DNA of 61,342 bases, the filler included, from Catajapyx aquilonaris (taxonomy: Eukaryota), in assembly GCA_000934665.2 (NCBI GenBank). It is 3 parts of 3 records of this genome, joined end to end, with 100 filler letters (N's around TTAATTAATTAA, not from the genome) between each part and the next. Parts side by side here need not be neighbours in the genome. Positions count along the whole stretch, not along the records: positions 40,985 to 61,342 come from KZ539510.1; 2 more parts are not named here. One strand, written 5' to 3'. Below the pieces are notes generated by a model. That model made no database searches. It worked only from the letters and a program-made list of their open reading frames with translations, and was not told where the DNA came from. Position numbers and translations under genes: made by a program. Positions 47,944 through 61,342 of the stretch are shown piece by piece. The number at the start of each line of letters is the position of its first letter. Position 1 is the first letter of the stretch.

Positions 47944-48500
47944 CAGGGATATTCAACTGGCGGACCGCGACAATATACAGGACAGTTTTAAATAGCATGA
48001 TAAATTACTAATTCATGATTTTTGGGGGGGAAAAGTGCTACCAATTTCATCAAATCTATCCCATTCAAATCTCCCACATCTCACCTAAGCTCGTGTGACC
48101 TTGAACCCCCCAAAAATTTCCCCTGCGGCAGGCTCGTTACCCGCCCTTTACGGCTTGTTCACCTTGTGCTTACAAATGGGCCCCACTCCAAAATTCTTCT
48201 GCCTACGCCCCTGTACAGGACATCATAAAGGGCGAGAACATCTTAATATGCCTTGTTTGATAGGCCCTTCTACCCTTGCTGCACATGTTTATATTTTTGA
48301 ATATAAACCCTGTGGTACAGTGCTGGCCATATATCGAGGCAACCGCCAGCGACATTTTTCCTGAAGCGGCAGAAGAAGGAATCTTGCTCGCCCGGCTTGT
48401 AGCATGCTTATCTTCGATTCCTTCTTCTGCCGCTTCGGAAAAATGTCGCTGGCGGTTGCCTCGATATATGGCCAGCACTGTACCATATCAAATCTATCTA
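47944..48500 (-). repeat. Dispersed composite repeat homologous to about 20490-22513 (and partly 8320-8540)
   Basis: Reverse complement matches GTACCACAGGGTT...GCAGCAAGGGTA...GGGCCTATCAA...TTTATGATGTCCTGTACAGG...TCATGAATTAGTAATT...CCAGTTGAATA.CCCTG. Confidence 0.8.
48318..48480. mobile_element. Near-perfect palindromic TA-target MITE
   Basis: TA|CAGTGCTGGCCATATATCGAGGCAACCGCCAGCGACATTTTTCC ... GGAAAAATGTCGCTGGCGGTTGCCTCGATATATGGCCAGCACTG|TA; empty site near 20515. Confidence 0.88.
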
Positions 48501-49258
48501 CCCAGGGAAGGTAAATACTGGACCTTGTCAGAAACTAGTTGAATGCCCTTGCTTTAGACCATGGTCATAGAATACTTAGGCCTGGACACTCCCACCTACC
48601 CCCTGCCAGGGCGTTTTGCAGGAGGTGCTCACCTCATAGGAACCTCATTAGGAAGGGCTACATTGGGGGACCCAACATGGTCGCCAGCGACCATTTTGGG
48701 CCTGCATGTAGCACTTCCCTTTTGTACCTATAAAGTTCAGTGTAGTCCGGTAGGGTCGCCACATATTTGCTCCGTGAAAGGTCTCATGGCGCTCTCAGGT
48801 GAGCACCTGCAAAACGCCCCAGCAGGCGATAAGATAAGAACATAGAGGTGTCTGGGGGCTGCTTTAGACCTTTATTAACATTTCAAAATTTGAATCATTA
48901 AGATATGTCCACAAGTTTTCGAGTTATAGGGTTTTAAAATTGGGACATACTTTTTCGATGACCCTGTAGTGTTGCTGTAGCCAACTGGTGTCAGCAATAC
49001 TTCTGGCATGTGCTACATTTTATCAACAAGCTCTTCCAATGATTGTCCCTATTTGACAGCATCGTTATTTTATGGTTGCAGCACGACACTTTTAATGATG
49101 TGTAGTGGCCTGGCAACCGGGCTGTTGTCTGTTGCCAGTCTGTTGTTGTTTGGAATGTGTTAGTTGAGAGAGTCTTGTATCCACCATTCTGCTAAATGGA
49201 TGGCTTGTATCTAACGTCCCAAATATACTTCGTGAACCAGACCCCTGGTTGTTGTTAT

Positions 49259-49578
49259 CTGCGGCCAGCCCCCAGTCACTCTCCCTTTTTTCCCCCACCG
49301 AGGGGGATTAGCCACGGTTGGCGCTAGAGTCAAGTGCCAAGATGGTGGCACCTTACTTAGCGGCCAACTCTGAACCATTTTGGTCGAATCTGATTGGCTG
49401 AGGCCTTTACTACCCCAGCCAATCGGAGTCGACCAAAGTGGTTCAGAGGTGGCCGCTAGGTAAGGCTCCACCATCTTGGCACTTGACTCGAGTGCCGACC
49501 GTGGCAAACCCCCCTCGGTGGGGGAGATCAGCTAAGCTCATTGTATTGGTATAGGGAGTGACTGGGGGCTGTCTGCAG
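49259..49578. mobile_element. Palindromic MITE-like element
   Basis: CAGCCCCCAGTCACTC...CCCCACCGAGGGGG...GAGTCAAGTGCCAAGATGGTGG mirrored at about 49440-49578. Confidence 0.7.
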
Positions 49579-51905
49579 CAGACGCTCACGACAGGCAGTG
49601 GTCGCTTTAGATGCATTGGATTTTTTGTTATTGTCACTTGCACTTTTGCCTTGATGTCCTGGGAATAGAGGCATGCCTTGAGTATGATCCTATGTCTTTA
49701 CAGATGATGAGTGGGCCCTTCACTAGATCTACATCATTTGACAGCTTTAAATAGGTCACCATGTCAAGGATTCATACAGGAAGCAGCTTTTACACAGACT
49801 AATGTCATGTTCTCAGACAAATGCAGCCTGTAATTAAAATGAGGTAAACAAGAAATAAAATATAGGAAACAAAGTCCCTGTGAGCAGATGTGTTTCACTT
49901 ACGTTTTATTTTCTTGAATCAGTGCCACATAGATTGTGGCTGGATCATCTCCACAGAAATGCAATACACAGTATATGAAAATACAAGTACAGTACCAAGA
50001 AGTTGCATTAGTGACACATGATAGTCACAAGGTAGCATCAATTAAACAAACAAAATGTGGTCAATGAGGAAACACTACAGAATTTTCCTCCAGGAACCTT
50101 GCGTGCACCACACTTAGTGACATACTGTACAATCAAATCAGGACAGACAAACCAATCCTGACAACTTTGTGCTATGATACAGTGCATCAATTAATTGTAG
50201 CAGTATTTGCACAAGCATGATCATGCTAGATCAGTTATCTTCCACATGCAGACTTGGAATCTTCTATAGAGGAGAGTCTCATCATTTAACACTATGAAAT
50301 AATTATTTAACAAACGTATGGCCGTGTGATTCACAAGGTACCCTTCACAAATGACTGGTAAAGTGTGTTATTGCTCTCTTTTTTTGTGTAGAAATACAGG
50401 ATTCCATGCAACTACCTTTCTTTTGATTGCATAAATGTAGCTTCAAGTTTTTAACCTGCTCATGATGTAATCTATTACTAAATGGAAACCTACAAGACTT
50501 TGTCTCAACTGGATTAAAATTGCTGACCCTTAGGCAAAATGTTTTCCTCAACGTGATACATTAATGGGAAACACCTCTTAGCACTGCAAACAAAACTCAA
50601 GAATTCTTGTGCGCACACATCTTCTCGCTACACTTTCTGGGCTGCAACAAAAAGCCAGTGAGGTGGGCAAATTTACTTACTGCCCCACTATAAAGTCTGG
50701 CAATCACCAGTTCTTGTGAGCTTGTGAACCAACCTTAATTTCATGGTGTGATTGCTAAGCAATCTCATGTTTATTGTGTTTGGACTTTATTTTTCCAAAT
50801 GAGGGTATACTGTATCAGAGCCTGTAAGTTCTACCATACTGTATTTCACTGTTGTCAATTTTTTCCAAACAAGAACTGGGGAAAGTACTGGTAAAACTAG
50901 ACAGGCCTTGGTACACTCCACCCTAATGATTACGAAGAGCTGAAGCCTACCAATACCATATGAACTTATTGAGTGGCACAGATTACACCATGTATCACAT
51001 GCTCTTATGAGAGAGTTGACAGCCAAGGTATTATGTGGCACCAGTGGAGCTTAAAGGAAAAAGATATTATTTCTATATTTTTCCAGTATTTACTCGCCAA
51101 TTGTCAATTTGGCCATCAATCGCTCCCCAGTTTCTCCAATTCTTCTAAGAAACAGTTAGGCAGTTTGTTAGCTAACCTGAATGTGAGCGTTTACATCCCC
51201 TGGTAGGTAATTTTCATTTGATAAATGTTATTAAACTGACTTGTGGTTCAAGAGTGGCAGTGATGGCTTGCTTTTCTGGAATGGGGTCCTACAATTGTGA
51301 AATTAAATGACGAAGGGATGTGCTTGTCAGAACCTCTGCTGTCTTATTGGTTTAAACCTCCCATTCCCACCAATGATCTGAACAGAATAGTGAACAAGTT
51401 TCTGTCATCATCTACCCCGATTCCAAAAGAGTAGGTCCCATGCTTTATCAGCTTCCAGTTCGGTTTCCCTACATCCACAAGGTCAAATATATATTGAAAA
51501 TCATCAATGTTACAGATAGTGCTTTTTCCTTGGGATCACAGAATGGTTCTCCATTCATGGCTTCAAAGCCAACTCCTCAGTTATTTGCCAAAATTGTCCC
51601 CGTCCTCAGCAAAAATAATTTTCTAGTTTCCAAGCAATCACAGTTTCCTGATGGGTATTTTAGGAGATAACTCAGATTGTTGTTGTTGCTTCATTCATGC
51701 TTGCCAATAAAAGATGTAATGAATTTTTGGGCTCATCCGATTGTACCATATTGCAAGTTAAGAAGAGAGGCCCATATTGAATAAACATTCTGCAGCAGGT
51801 TGTTTGGCTCCAGATGAACAACATTCTTCTTTATTCGTTGTCAGCATTATTGCAATGCAAGAAGTGTGCTCTCGGTTGTGCGCACTCATTTTATTTTGTA
51901 ACCAT

Positions 51906-51989
51906 AATTGAAGGGCTCAGGAGTAAACAATGGTAAGGGTATGGGTTTTACATATCCCTTACCATTGTTTACTCCTGAGCCCTTCAATT
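51906..51989. repeat. Near-perfect 84-bp hairpin
   Basis: AATTGAAGGGCTCAGGAGTAAACAATGGTAAGGG-loop-CCCTTACCATTGTTTACTCCTGAGCCCTTCAATT (34-bp perfect stem). Confidence 0.85.
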
Positions 51990-53072
51990 GTTAAATAAAT
52001 CGGCAGTACCAAAATGTCACAACTGGCATCTGCTCAGCAACCAGAAATGCATGAACATTCGCGCAGGGCTAGCATAAAAGGATTGATATTTCTTGTACTG
52101 TCTGCAGTGCATTAACATTGATGCTAGAAGTCATTCGAATCTGGAATGTAAATATGTTCAGTGCTGAAGGTGAATTTTAAAATGCTCTGAATACTGTCAT
52201 TAAAGCTTTGTGTCAGGTATATGCAAATTATAGGTGTCCATTAAACAAAAATTAATCAACAAATAACAATTCTAGGTCAAACATTATTACATCACCCATC
52301 GAAAATTGTGCCATGGTGTTGCCTTTTGTTTTCTTTGGTGATAGACAAACACAGAGAAAAACTGCTTTTGCAAGTTATTTTTGCTCTATAAAAGACCAAT
52401 AATAATCAACTAATCATTGCAAGATTTTAATATTTAAACATCAAAATATTGCTGTTGGTTTCATTAAGCTTGTACAAAATGTAATGCCCCTGACAGCTTC
52501 TCACCAATGTTCACTCATGAATGCAATACTTCATTAACCTTTAAGGGATATGAACTTAGTCCCTGTACACAACCTGTGAAATTGTAATCTTGTGCATAGC
52601 CATGAGGCTATTGGCTCTAGGTGTGAAGCCATTCAGCCTGAAGTCTACAATTCTCCTAAGTTGTGGACATGATAAACACAAATCTCAATTGGCTTTACAA
52701 ACACTCTGTGTCATATTTGCATGGTCCCATGCCAGAGAAAACAAAGTAGCCTACCAAAAGTTTTCATACCACTTCAGTCCACTTTAACATGTGAATCATT
52801 CTGGAGTCAGAATGGATCAGTTGGTATGGAAATTTAATTTTGTTCTCAGTTCACTCTGACATGGAACCATCCAATTGCAGCACCACATTATTTCACCAGT
52901 TCTTCCCTGAGCATGAAGGAGATCTACATGCAAAGTTTTGGGAATTTTTGGTAGCCCTCTTGTGCCACTATGGGAACATGCCAAGGTAAGTAGGAATAGC
53001 TGCTATGCAGACAAGTGCCCTGCAGTACTGCTATGCCATTAATGAGAGGTTTGTTTTCATTTTAGTTAAATA

Positions 53073-53246
53073 CAGTAAAACCTCGATATAACGCTCTTCA
53101 AGGAACAGCCCAAACATAGTGTTATAAGCGGTATAGCGTTATATGCGGGAAAAGTTACCTTATGGAAATGATCGAGGGACTGGAAAAAATGGCCGTTAAA
53201 AGTGGGAACGCGTTATATGTGGGAGCATTACATCGAGGTTTTACTG
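53073..53246. mobile_element. Tigger/pogo-type MITE
   Basis: TA|CAGTAAAACCTCGAT ... ATCGAGGTTTTACTG|TA. Confidence 0.8.
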
Positions 53247-54418
53247 TATCCGTAAGTCCTGACTTGGCACAAGGTTTGGAGCATCCTTTACATTTTGCAC
53301 ATTTTTGGATGATCCTCATCTTAAACCATTTACACAAAAAAAAATGCTGCAACAATTGAACGATATGTAACTGCACGGAGTCCAGGTGTCGCACAGATGT
53401 AAGAATATTCAGAACAACGCAAAGAAAAACCCACCCTTATGCCAAGTTGGGACTGAAGTTCACACCAGACTAGAGGTGAGTTATCCACGTCAGCTTGGCC
53501 AGGATACTGCCCTGTATATACTGCAGCAATGAGAAAAACTGCAGACCCCCTCGCAAGTTATGTTATAGGTAGGGTTCAAATATTAATCTATGCCAATAAT
53601 ATTAATAATGGAGATCTTGCATTCTCAGTCAGTAATTTTAGAATTAATTGCTTTAAAGGTACATTGTCATCTACTTTCCATCAAGTAAATCACCTCACAG
53701 CAATATCAGCAAAAATCTTGTGGGCAGTCACTTTGGCCTGGTTCAGAAATATATTGAAGCTTTATGGGGCTGCACAAAGACAGCATGAAAACTAACCATA
53801 TGACAGACAACTCCAAGTTCCCAAAAGATGCGTGAGAGGTTTATCTCACTTCCTTCATGCTCTGGGGACCCTTGTGATCATCCCTCCTTTGGGTTACACA
53901 TCCGATAAACCTCCCAGCCATAAGAGTGGATGCCCACTGAGAAAGTGTCAGCATGCCCTGTCATGGTGCATCAGTCTCGTCCTCATTTATGGCACAAATT
54001 CACATTTAACCTCTGCCAGAATATGCACAAATTTTGTCATGGGTACGCATGATGTGTGACTTACACGAAGTTGGGTACCAATTTGTGAAGATCTCAATTT
54101 AGAGATTAGATATTAACTGATTGCTGTTCATGTACCAAATCTAGTATCCCACTACAATAGATACATCCATGCACTATTTTATGCAATACACTTGAATGTC
54201 ATATTTCAATTTCTATATCCTATACTTTGGCATTTCTGTTCAGGGTGCCCCTAATAGTTATCTAAGCATTAACAATAACTTGTCAAGTTTTATGAGAAGG
54301 TCAACAGTGAAGACTAGAACATCCAGACCAGCTCTCGGTTCCTGTCATTTTGTATTGCCTGAATATTTTGCATAAAAATAGTTTGTTACCAGATATGCCA
54401 AAACAGTACAGTGGATAA

Positions 54419-54567
54419 AGGTGCGTTTACATGTGAGCGATGTCATCGCCTAGCGATAAATCGCCAAGTAACCAATATTGTTTGAGGCGAAAATCTATTG
54501 TTAATTTCAGCCTCGGCGACGATTTCGCTCCACTTCCCTCGTCAAATCGCCCACATGTAAACGCCAC
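54419..54567. mobile_element. Harbinger/Tourist-like MITE
   Basis: GCGTTTACATGTGAGCGAT ... ATCGCCCACATGTAAACGC; related copy at 56212-56404. Confidence 0.65.
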
Positions 54568-55107
54568 TTAATCTTATTCATGTGTACAAGTTGGATTTAA
54601 CAAAACAGAAAAGAAAATGTGATGAATAAATCTGGCAGTGGACCAAGTCACCAGCTTTCCACCAACCAGAATAAGCTCTGGAGTGGAAAAGCCTTAACAC
54701 TACATGAGATGCCATAAACTTTGATACATGTACTCATGTTGGTCATGTACTGGGCAAAATTAAGTGCATGCTCTGGGTCTACCACCCCAGGAGAGAACAA
54801 TAAATCAAGAATAACTCTGCACATTGGTTTGTCATGTGATGACCTGGGTTATGACATGTATCATCAGAGATGAGCTTCATCGTAACATCCTCTGATGGAA
54901 TTTGATAGAGGAATGATTAATACCTGCTATCCTACAGCAGTGTGTGTTGTTATGCAAAACCTACTCAACACACAGTTGTATTAAACAACCCTTGATTAGT
55001 ATACAAAAATGGAGTGGAGTGAAAAAAGGTTCAAGTGTCGATTTGTTCTAACCCCTTCTTCAGGGTTGCCTGCATAGTGAACAGACTCTTAGGTACGTGC
55101 CAAAGTT

Positions 55108-58100
55108 TCAGTTAATCTGCGGCTCTGAGTGCTGTGATAGATAATCCGCAATTCGTTCCTGGAGGTAAAGATTTGCAGTTAGGTTCTGATGGGCCAGTGG
55201 CAGGTTCGTCATAGGACTTGTTGTCTTTCCAGCAACAAACCATTCAGTTATTGCTGCCTTTTCATAGGTGTGACCATCTGAAATTAAGACAATTAGTTGC
55301 AAAATATTCAACCAGTAGCAGCTCTGAAGACTACCTGCACAGAGAACAGGCTCCTTCATGATGTTCAGGGTGATGGGGCACAAAAATTCAGCAGGCAACT
55401 CATCATCAGAAATGCCATATAATGCAGCTGGATCCTCACCTCTCAACCAATGCAACTGAGAGAGAATTTCTTTTCTCTGCTTGCTATCATCTGTTGATTA
55501 AGATTTGTTGTCACCATATAACATGACACATAATGGAAATTGAAATGCTGTTGTCAAAATAATAACTAATCTCATTTCATTCCAAAAGGCAATAAAATAT
55601 TCTTTCCAATCAGGGTAGTGCCCCTATAATCACAGGTACCATTCCATAACATTCTATGAAAAATAAGAGGGTGTGAGAGGACATGTGGATAGGCAAGAGG
55701 AGAAGTAAGAGTGAATGTAATTTTTTGCACATGATACACTTACCAGTAAACTTTACATTAAATTTGGTTTTAAAAATCTGTCTTTCAAGCTAGTGGATTA
55801 ATCACTAATAAGATGGATGACACAAATTCTGAAATAACAATGAAGCATTTTCTGTTGCTGAAACTAAAGTTTTTCACCACACAGTAAGGCACTTTCAGTG
55901 GCTTTCTCACTTTTCTATCATTAGAGAGAAATCCAATGTTTCAAATCACAAAGAGATGCATTACTTAGGCCAAAATATTTTGCTGACATCTGCATTTTTT
56001 GCTCCTCATGAAAATCTCACTCAAAATAATCATGTTGACCTTGACCTAATGATTTTCGAATGGGCAGCTTCCCCTTCCCCCAAGCCTGAGATGCAGACAT
56101 GAATGTAATTTTGCCATTTACTCTCCAATGCCCACAGGCAGGAAACTTATTTTTGCTCACACGTCACACAATGTACAAAAAAAATTAATGACACACATCC
56201 AGTTAGTGTTAAGCCGCCTTTACATGTGAGCGGTTTGACAAGCCAAGTCTTCGCAGAGCAATAACATCGCTGAGTGTAACCAGTATTGTTTGAGGTGAAA
56301 ATAGATTGTCTCACCTCAAACAATATTGGTTACTTGGGTTACTCAGCGATGTTATCGCTCGGTGAAGACTTCGCTTGTCAAATCGCTCACATGTAAATGC
56401 AGCTTTAATGTCAAATCTACAATGAACAATAAAAAACTCACCAATGCCTAACCGACTCTGCAATGACATATCTGTCAGGGACATTAGCTCTTCTCCACTG
56501 ACATTGTGTTGAGCAAATATTTGACTGTAACTGTCCAATCCTGTCTCTTGGAGCCAATCCAGAACTTGATCTGAAGTCCACTCATGCACCTTAAGTAAAA
56601 TTTTGCATGTCAGCAATAGAGCACAAAACAGCCAGTTCATGAAGTTATCTGTATTATCTCACAGGCACAGCATCAGAAGAGGCTGAGTCCTCAGCATTAT
56701 CATCTCTGCGTTTCTGGAATTCCCAAATGTTAACAATACGATCACTGGAACCTGTAAATAAGGATTGAATTGGAATGGATTAGAAACTCAGATGAGAAGT
56801 TAATCTTTACCATACTCACATGAAAAATTTGATTTACCTACAATTTGCACACACTTTCTTCCTGATCTGCTGTGTATTTCACTAATGTCTCTACCTCACT
56901 ACCAAAAAAAATTGCATCTCTTACGCAGGTTGTAAACCAGCTGCATATGCCATTTGTTACTACGCTGTTTACATGACATGTCTTTTACTAGACGGGGCTC
57001 CCAACATGGCCATTGCACCAATCCCCTCTGCTCCAGTCTAACACACGTCACCTATTCTCTACATTTCTTTGAAAATGACTGCAAGCGGCTTGATACAATT
57101 CCTTGTATGATTGAAACCCACCTAGAACCGATCCCACCAACCTGACTTGTAACTGTTAGTTCCCTCCCAACCCCCACCTCTTTCCCATGTGCCTTTCCTT
57201 GATTGGAACTGCATCCCAAGTACTCTCTCCCAATGTTGGGAGGGCAATAAATGAGTGATCAAATGAGAGAAATTAGAATTTTTCAAGTGGACAATATTAT
57301 TATGTGACTTACAATTTCATTGGGAAAGGGAAATTACCTATGTATGCCTGACCCATTTGATGTGTATATGTCCCATCCAAACTAGACTCCTTATTCTATT
57401 GAACAAGCATACTCATACCTGATGCAAGTCGAATTCCATCTGCTGCAAATCCACAGCTTGTAACATATCGACTGTGGCCTTCCAAGACATGAAGACACTG
57501 AGCAGAAGGCTGTAATGAAGCACTGTTGTACTTTTTTCTAGTGTTATTAAAAGTAATGTAGTTATTTTAACTGTGCATAGTGCTATGATGCCATAAAACC
57601 TGTGAAATCAGCACACAAAGGACAGCAAATATGATTAGCTGTACAGGTTATTTTATTGTGGATGTGCATTAGTAGTCAAAAATGTATTGTTGTATGTATT
57701 ACATATGCTGCGCAAATTATAACTGAGGAGCTGAGCAGAAAATGATACAGTAGGCCTATACAGAAATACAGAAACTAATATCCTGACATTTCCCTATTCT
57801 CTCTGCAAGGTCAGAGTTCTTGTATTCATCTGACTTATAACAGTCACAATCATTACTTACCACATCCCAAATTCGAACGGCCTTGTCCCCTGCTGCAGAT
57901 GCCAAAAGCATGCCAGAAGGAGAAAAGCGAACACACATCACTCCAGAGCCATGACCTTCATACTTCTGTGCTAACTCAACGGTGTAGCCATTTCCAGTTG
58001 TCACATGCCATAGCTTGACAAGCGAGTCGTTACCACATGTTGCCAGCAAGTATGTTTTCAGTCCCAAATTCTTGATTCCAACTGTAAACAAGTACAAATA

Positions 58101-60382
58101 TTAATGGTAGTCCTACATCAATGACTTCAGATCAACATTATGAATGATACCAGTCATGTTGAGGAATGGGGTTGATGTATCAATGGCAGGGGTATCAATT
58201 GACTCGTAGGTAAACACCCTCATCTAGTCTAGTAATGCGAGTTCCCTTTTTCTCACATTCTTTCTGAATGCTCATTAACCCTATGTTTCCCGTTGAATTC
58301 TGCACATTTTGGGTGGGGGGTTTAAAAATAGTGCCCTAGGTGAAAATCACTGGATCTGGCACCATTGGTTTCGCTCTCGATTGATGCACAATATGGGGCT
58401 GAAGCGTCCGAGGCCTACAAGCCTGAATTGCATCTTGAGAGAGCCATCTACTGTCTCATATGCTATGCACGAGAAGGTGACGTCATCCTATTGCAACATC
58501 TACGCGGGGATTTTTTAGGCGGCTTCTACCCCTCAAAAAAATCCAAGATAATCATATATGATTACCCACTCCCTCTGATAAATTATGAAAACATTAAGTG
58601 TCCATTTAAAAATTTTTAATGGTCTAGTTTAAATGGAGGTAATGTGAGCCACCAGGTGCAAAAAAGGTGGCTCAGGAGGCAAGAAGGCAGAGCTTGGAGC
58701 AGTCAGCCAGGCCAATTAGGAGCGAGGCCACTTTCATGGCCGTCATGGTGATGGGAGAGGAGGCGTAGTGTTGAGCAGGTCTTTCTGATTATAATAATAT
58801 TAATATTTAATTAATTAATACTTATTTGCGGCTTTTGACACTTCAGAAAACTCCCAAATTGGAGTTTTCCGAAGTGCCAGAAAGCCGCAAATCAGGATTA
58901 ATTTATTTCTCGCAAAGTACGGCGATTTCAGAAAATTCGTATGGCCTGGTTCTCAAGGTTGTTCAGCATATTTTCACGCATTTCACAATTATATCAGCCT
59001 AACTGTTGGTCGGCAGTACTCTAAGAGTTTTTATAGCCCTTTTTTGGAAATTAATTTACGGACGTCTAGACGAGTAAAATTTTTCCAGACACATTCATAG
59101 TGTTTTCCCAGATCTGGTATGTATGGCTGTTATTATTGGTAAAATATCTTGTCCTTATCTTCGTAGTAGGCGTAAGCCGAAATCTACGTGGTTCGGGCCT
59201 ATCTGGTAGCGAAGGAGTTAAGGGCAAGAGGCAGCTGAAATATGGAATGTCTATAATTTTCAAAATGCTTATCATAAGCGAGGTGCATAGCCTTCAATTT
59301 GTTAGTGTAGTCTAATACTGTGACGCTATCAATTATCATTTCCTAATATTTCTTCCTCATACAACAGGTACTTACATTTCTGTGAAAAACTACAGCTGAG
59401 CACTCCAAGTTCATGGGCCTCTCTTCGTGTCACCAAGGACTTCCCAGTAGGATCAATAGGATTCCACACTTTCATATTGCCATTGCTACATGTCGTCACC
59501 AAAATTGAATTGTCAGGACTGAATGCTACTGCCATGACAGCAGCCTCATGTTCATCCATTTTTCTGAAATGATCCAATCGTTTTGTTCCATCTATCCAGT
59601 GACATAAGCAGAGAGCCTACCTTATCATTTCTTGACTAGAGACATCCCACACATATCCATTTTCATCATCTCCTGTAGCTAACAACCTACCATCTGAAGA
59701 AAACTGGCATGACCTCACTGCTCCAGACGTTGGGTGATAAAAGCAGCACATTCTATTTCCAGTCTGTTTTGAAACAAAGCGTTATACCATTGCAACACTA
59801 AATAAAATGCCAACAATGCTCACTTCAAAATTTGAAATGACTAAAGTTCCATCCACTGATCCTGATGCAATCAAGGAACCATGGGGTGAGAAGTTAATGC
59901 AGTTTATACCATATGTGTGGAAGGCCAATACTCTTGTTTCCATGAAAGTACCACTGGCATCCTTAGTCCAGATACGTACCATCTTGTCACTGCAAAATTA
60001 CATCAGATGAGTCACTCACATAGCATATGTTTGCACGAAAGTGTACATACCATGATGCTGTGGCTAGAATGTCACTGCCTTTAAATTCACAAGCAGTAAC
60101 ATCTCCCTCATGACTGCTCAAAGCCTGTTTCAAAGCAAAAGCTGTTCCACTCTGGCTAACTTTCAGTTTGAACTGCTCTTCATAATAATGCTTTACACTT
60201 TCATCGTTGTTCATCTGATATAAAAAGGGTTGTTACATATTTATGCCAAGACATATACAAGACAGTCATACTTACTGTCTTGGCAAAAAAGTTTTGCAAA
60301 AAGGCACCAGATGGAAAAAGTTCTTGGTTGATGTTCAGTTGGCCAGTCAAGTCCCACACAACTATAGTCTTGTCATTGGATC
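55108..60382 (-). CDS. WDSUB1: WD repeat, SAM and U-box domain-containing protein 1-like, 5'-partial; exons 60382-60276, 60214-60051, 59989-59824, 59763-59621, 59563-59376, 58081-57861, 57509-57419, 56751-56663, 56589-56442, 55490-55335, 55277-55108
   Basis: All 11 exons join in frame with GT-AG sites: WD40 repeats (HEGDVTACEF, HTYGINCINFSPHG, GHGSGVMCVRFSPSG, GHSRYVTSCGF), SAM (VHEWTSDQVLDWL...F..HNVSGEEL) and U-box ([34 protein letters not shown]...TSPMTNLPL). Confidence 0.92.
56212..56404. mobile_element. Harbinger/Tourist-like palindromic MITE in a WDSUB1 intron
   Basis: TTTACATGTGAGCGGTTTGACAAGC ... GCTTGTCAAATCGCTCACATGTAAA, TTA/TAA flanks. Confidence 0.7.
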
Positions 60383-61342
60383 CTGAAATGGTATGTGTGT
60401 TACTTAGACAATTAATATTCATCAATCTTTACAGGGTGACTTTGTTCTTGTGCTATTCACTGGCAAACAAATCTGTTAATAAATCAAAAATAAACAATAA
60501 CAGTAATACTAATAAGTTAGTCTGCCGTCCATGACTTGCCAAATTGTATACAGTATATTTATTCCTTACAAGGGACTAAAATATTTCCTGTGAAAACTGG
60601 ATTAAGTTCCAATCTACATTGTGTCCCAGAGTTAATGTGAGGTAATCTGTATTCACCACTGTACTAAGGCAAGAGCATTTATATGGATTCTGCTCATTGC
60701 AACACACTCTATTACTATAAAAAGTTGTGATCATAAGTCATGCTTCCAATGATTACTCGAACTTCATAATGAGGGCCTGCCCTGTAGTGAGTTCCAGAGT
60801 TACCTATCACAAAAATTTTGGTAATACTGTATATCACATGGAATAGAACTGTACTGTACAGCCTTCTTTCAAATGCAACAAACCTGGAAGCAGTTTCTGG
60901 GTGCAGTCCCAGCTTCCTTCCTGGTTACTGATGTCTCAGATCAAGTGCCAAAAGGTTTAATGCATGCATATTATCATACACGTTAATAAACATGAGTAAA
61001 GAGTAGATATGAATATGGATAATTCCGAGATAAATAACATCAAGTGTTCCAGATATGTCTGCCATGGTCAGGAAAAAAGCAGCACGTGCAGTGAAGTTGA
61101 GAGTTTGTCTGCCTCAATTCGACTAACAAGGGAACCTCTCGAAGTGTCCCTCGAAGTTCAAGGTGAAATATTTTTTTTCGGGTTCCTTATCAGCTAGAAG
61201 GAAAACACCCTTCCCGAGAAATCCTCGATCTCAAGCATTTTCGAGATACAGGGGTCAAAAGGTCAAGAATGGACCACTTTATGAAGGCCCTGAGGAAGCT
61301 ATCATTAGTGCTATCGGCGAGATTTTTGGGATCTAGAGGTTT

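Overview
Eukaryotic DNA from an invertebrate animal (probably an arthropod; inferred, species unknown). It is not one locus: three unrelated scaffolds of about 20.4 kb (1-20357, 20458-40884, 40985-61342) are joined by artificial 100-bp N44-TTAATTAATTAA-N44 spacers. Scaffold 1 holds a complete 4-exon MDP1 (HAD phosphatase) gene whose introns contain SINEs, MITEs, a solo LTR and a degenerate LINE. Scaffold 2 holds the last four exons of Tudor-SN (SND1), a CpG-rich promoter-like region and nested fold-back transposons. Scaffold 3 holds a complete SDHAF3/ACN9 gene, the last 11 exons of a WDSUB1-like WD40-SAM-U-box gene, and two minus-strand exons missed by the ORF track. These two exons splice into a Rad21/Rec8-type kleisin N-terminal domain (REC8-like), head-to-head with SDHAF3; this is the best candidate for an unannotated gene. 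Much of the rest is non-autonomous DNA transposons (TA, TTAA, 8-bp, TWA and ATAT target classes) and tRNA-derived SINEs with readable target-site duplications (TSDs). No CRISPR, rRNA or genuine tRNA gene was found. All family assignments are by eye and recall, not database search.
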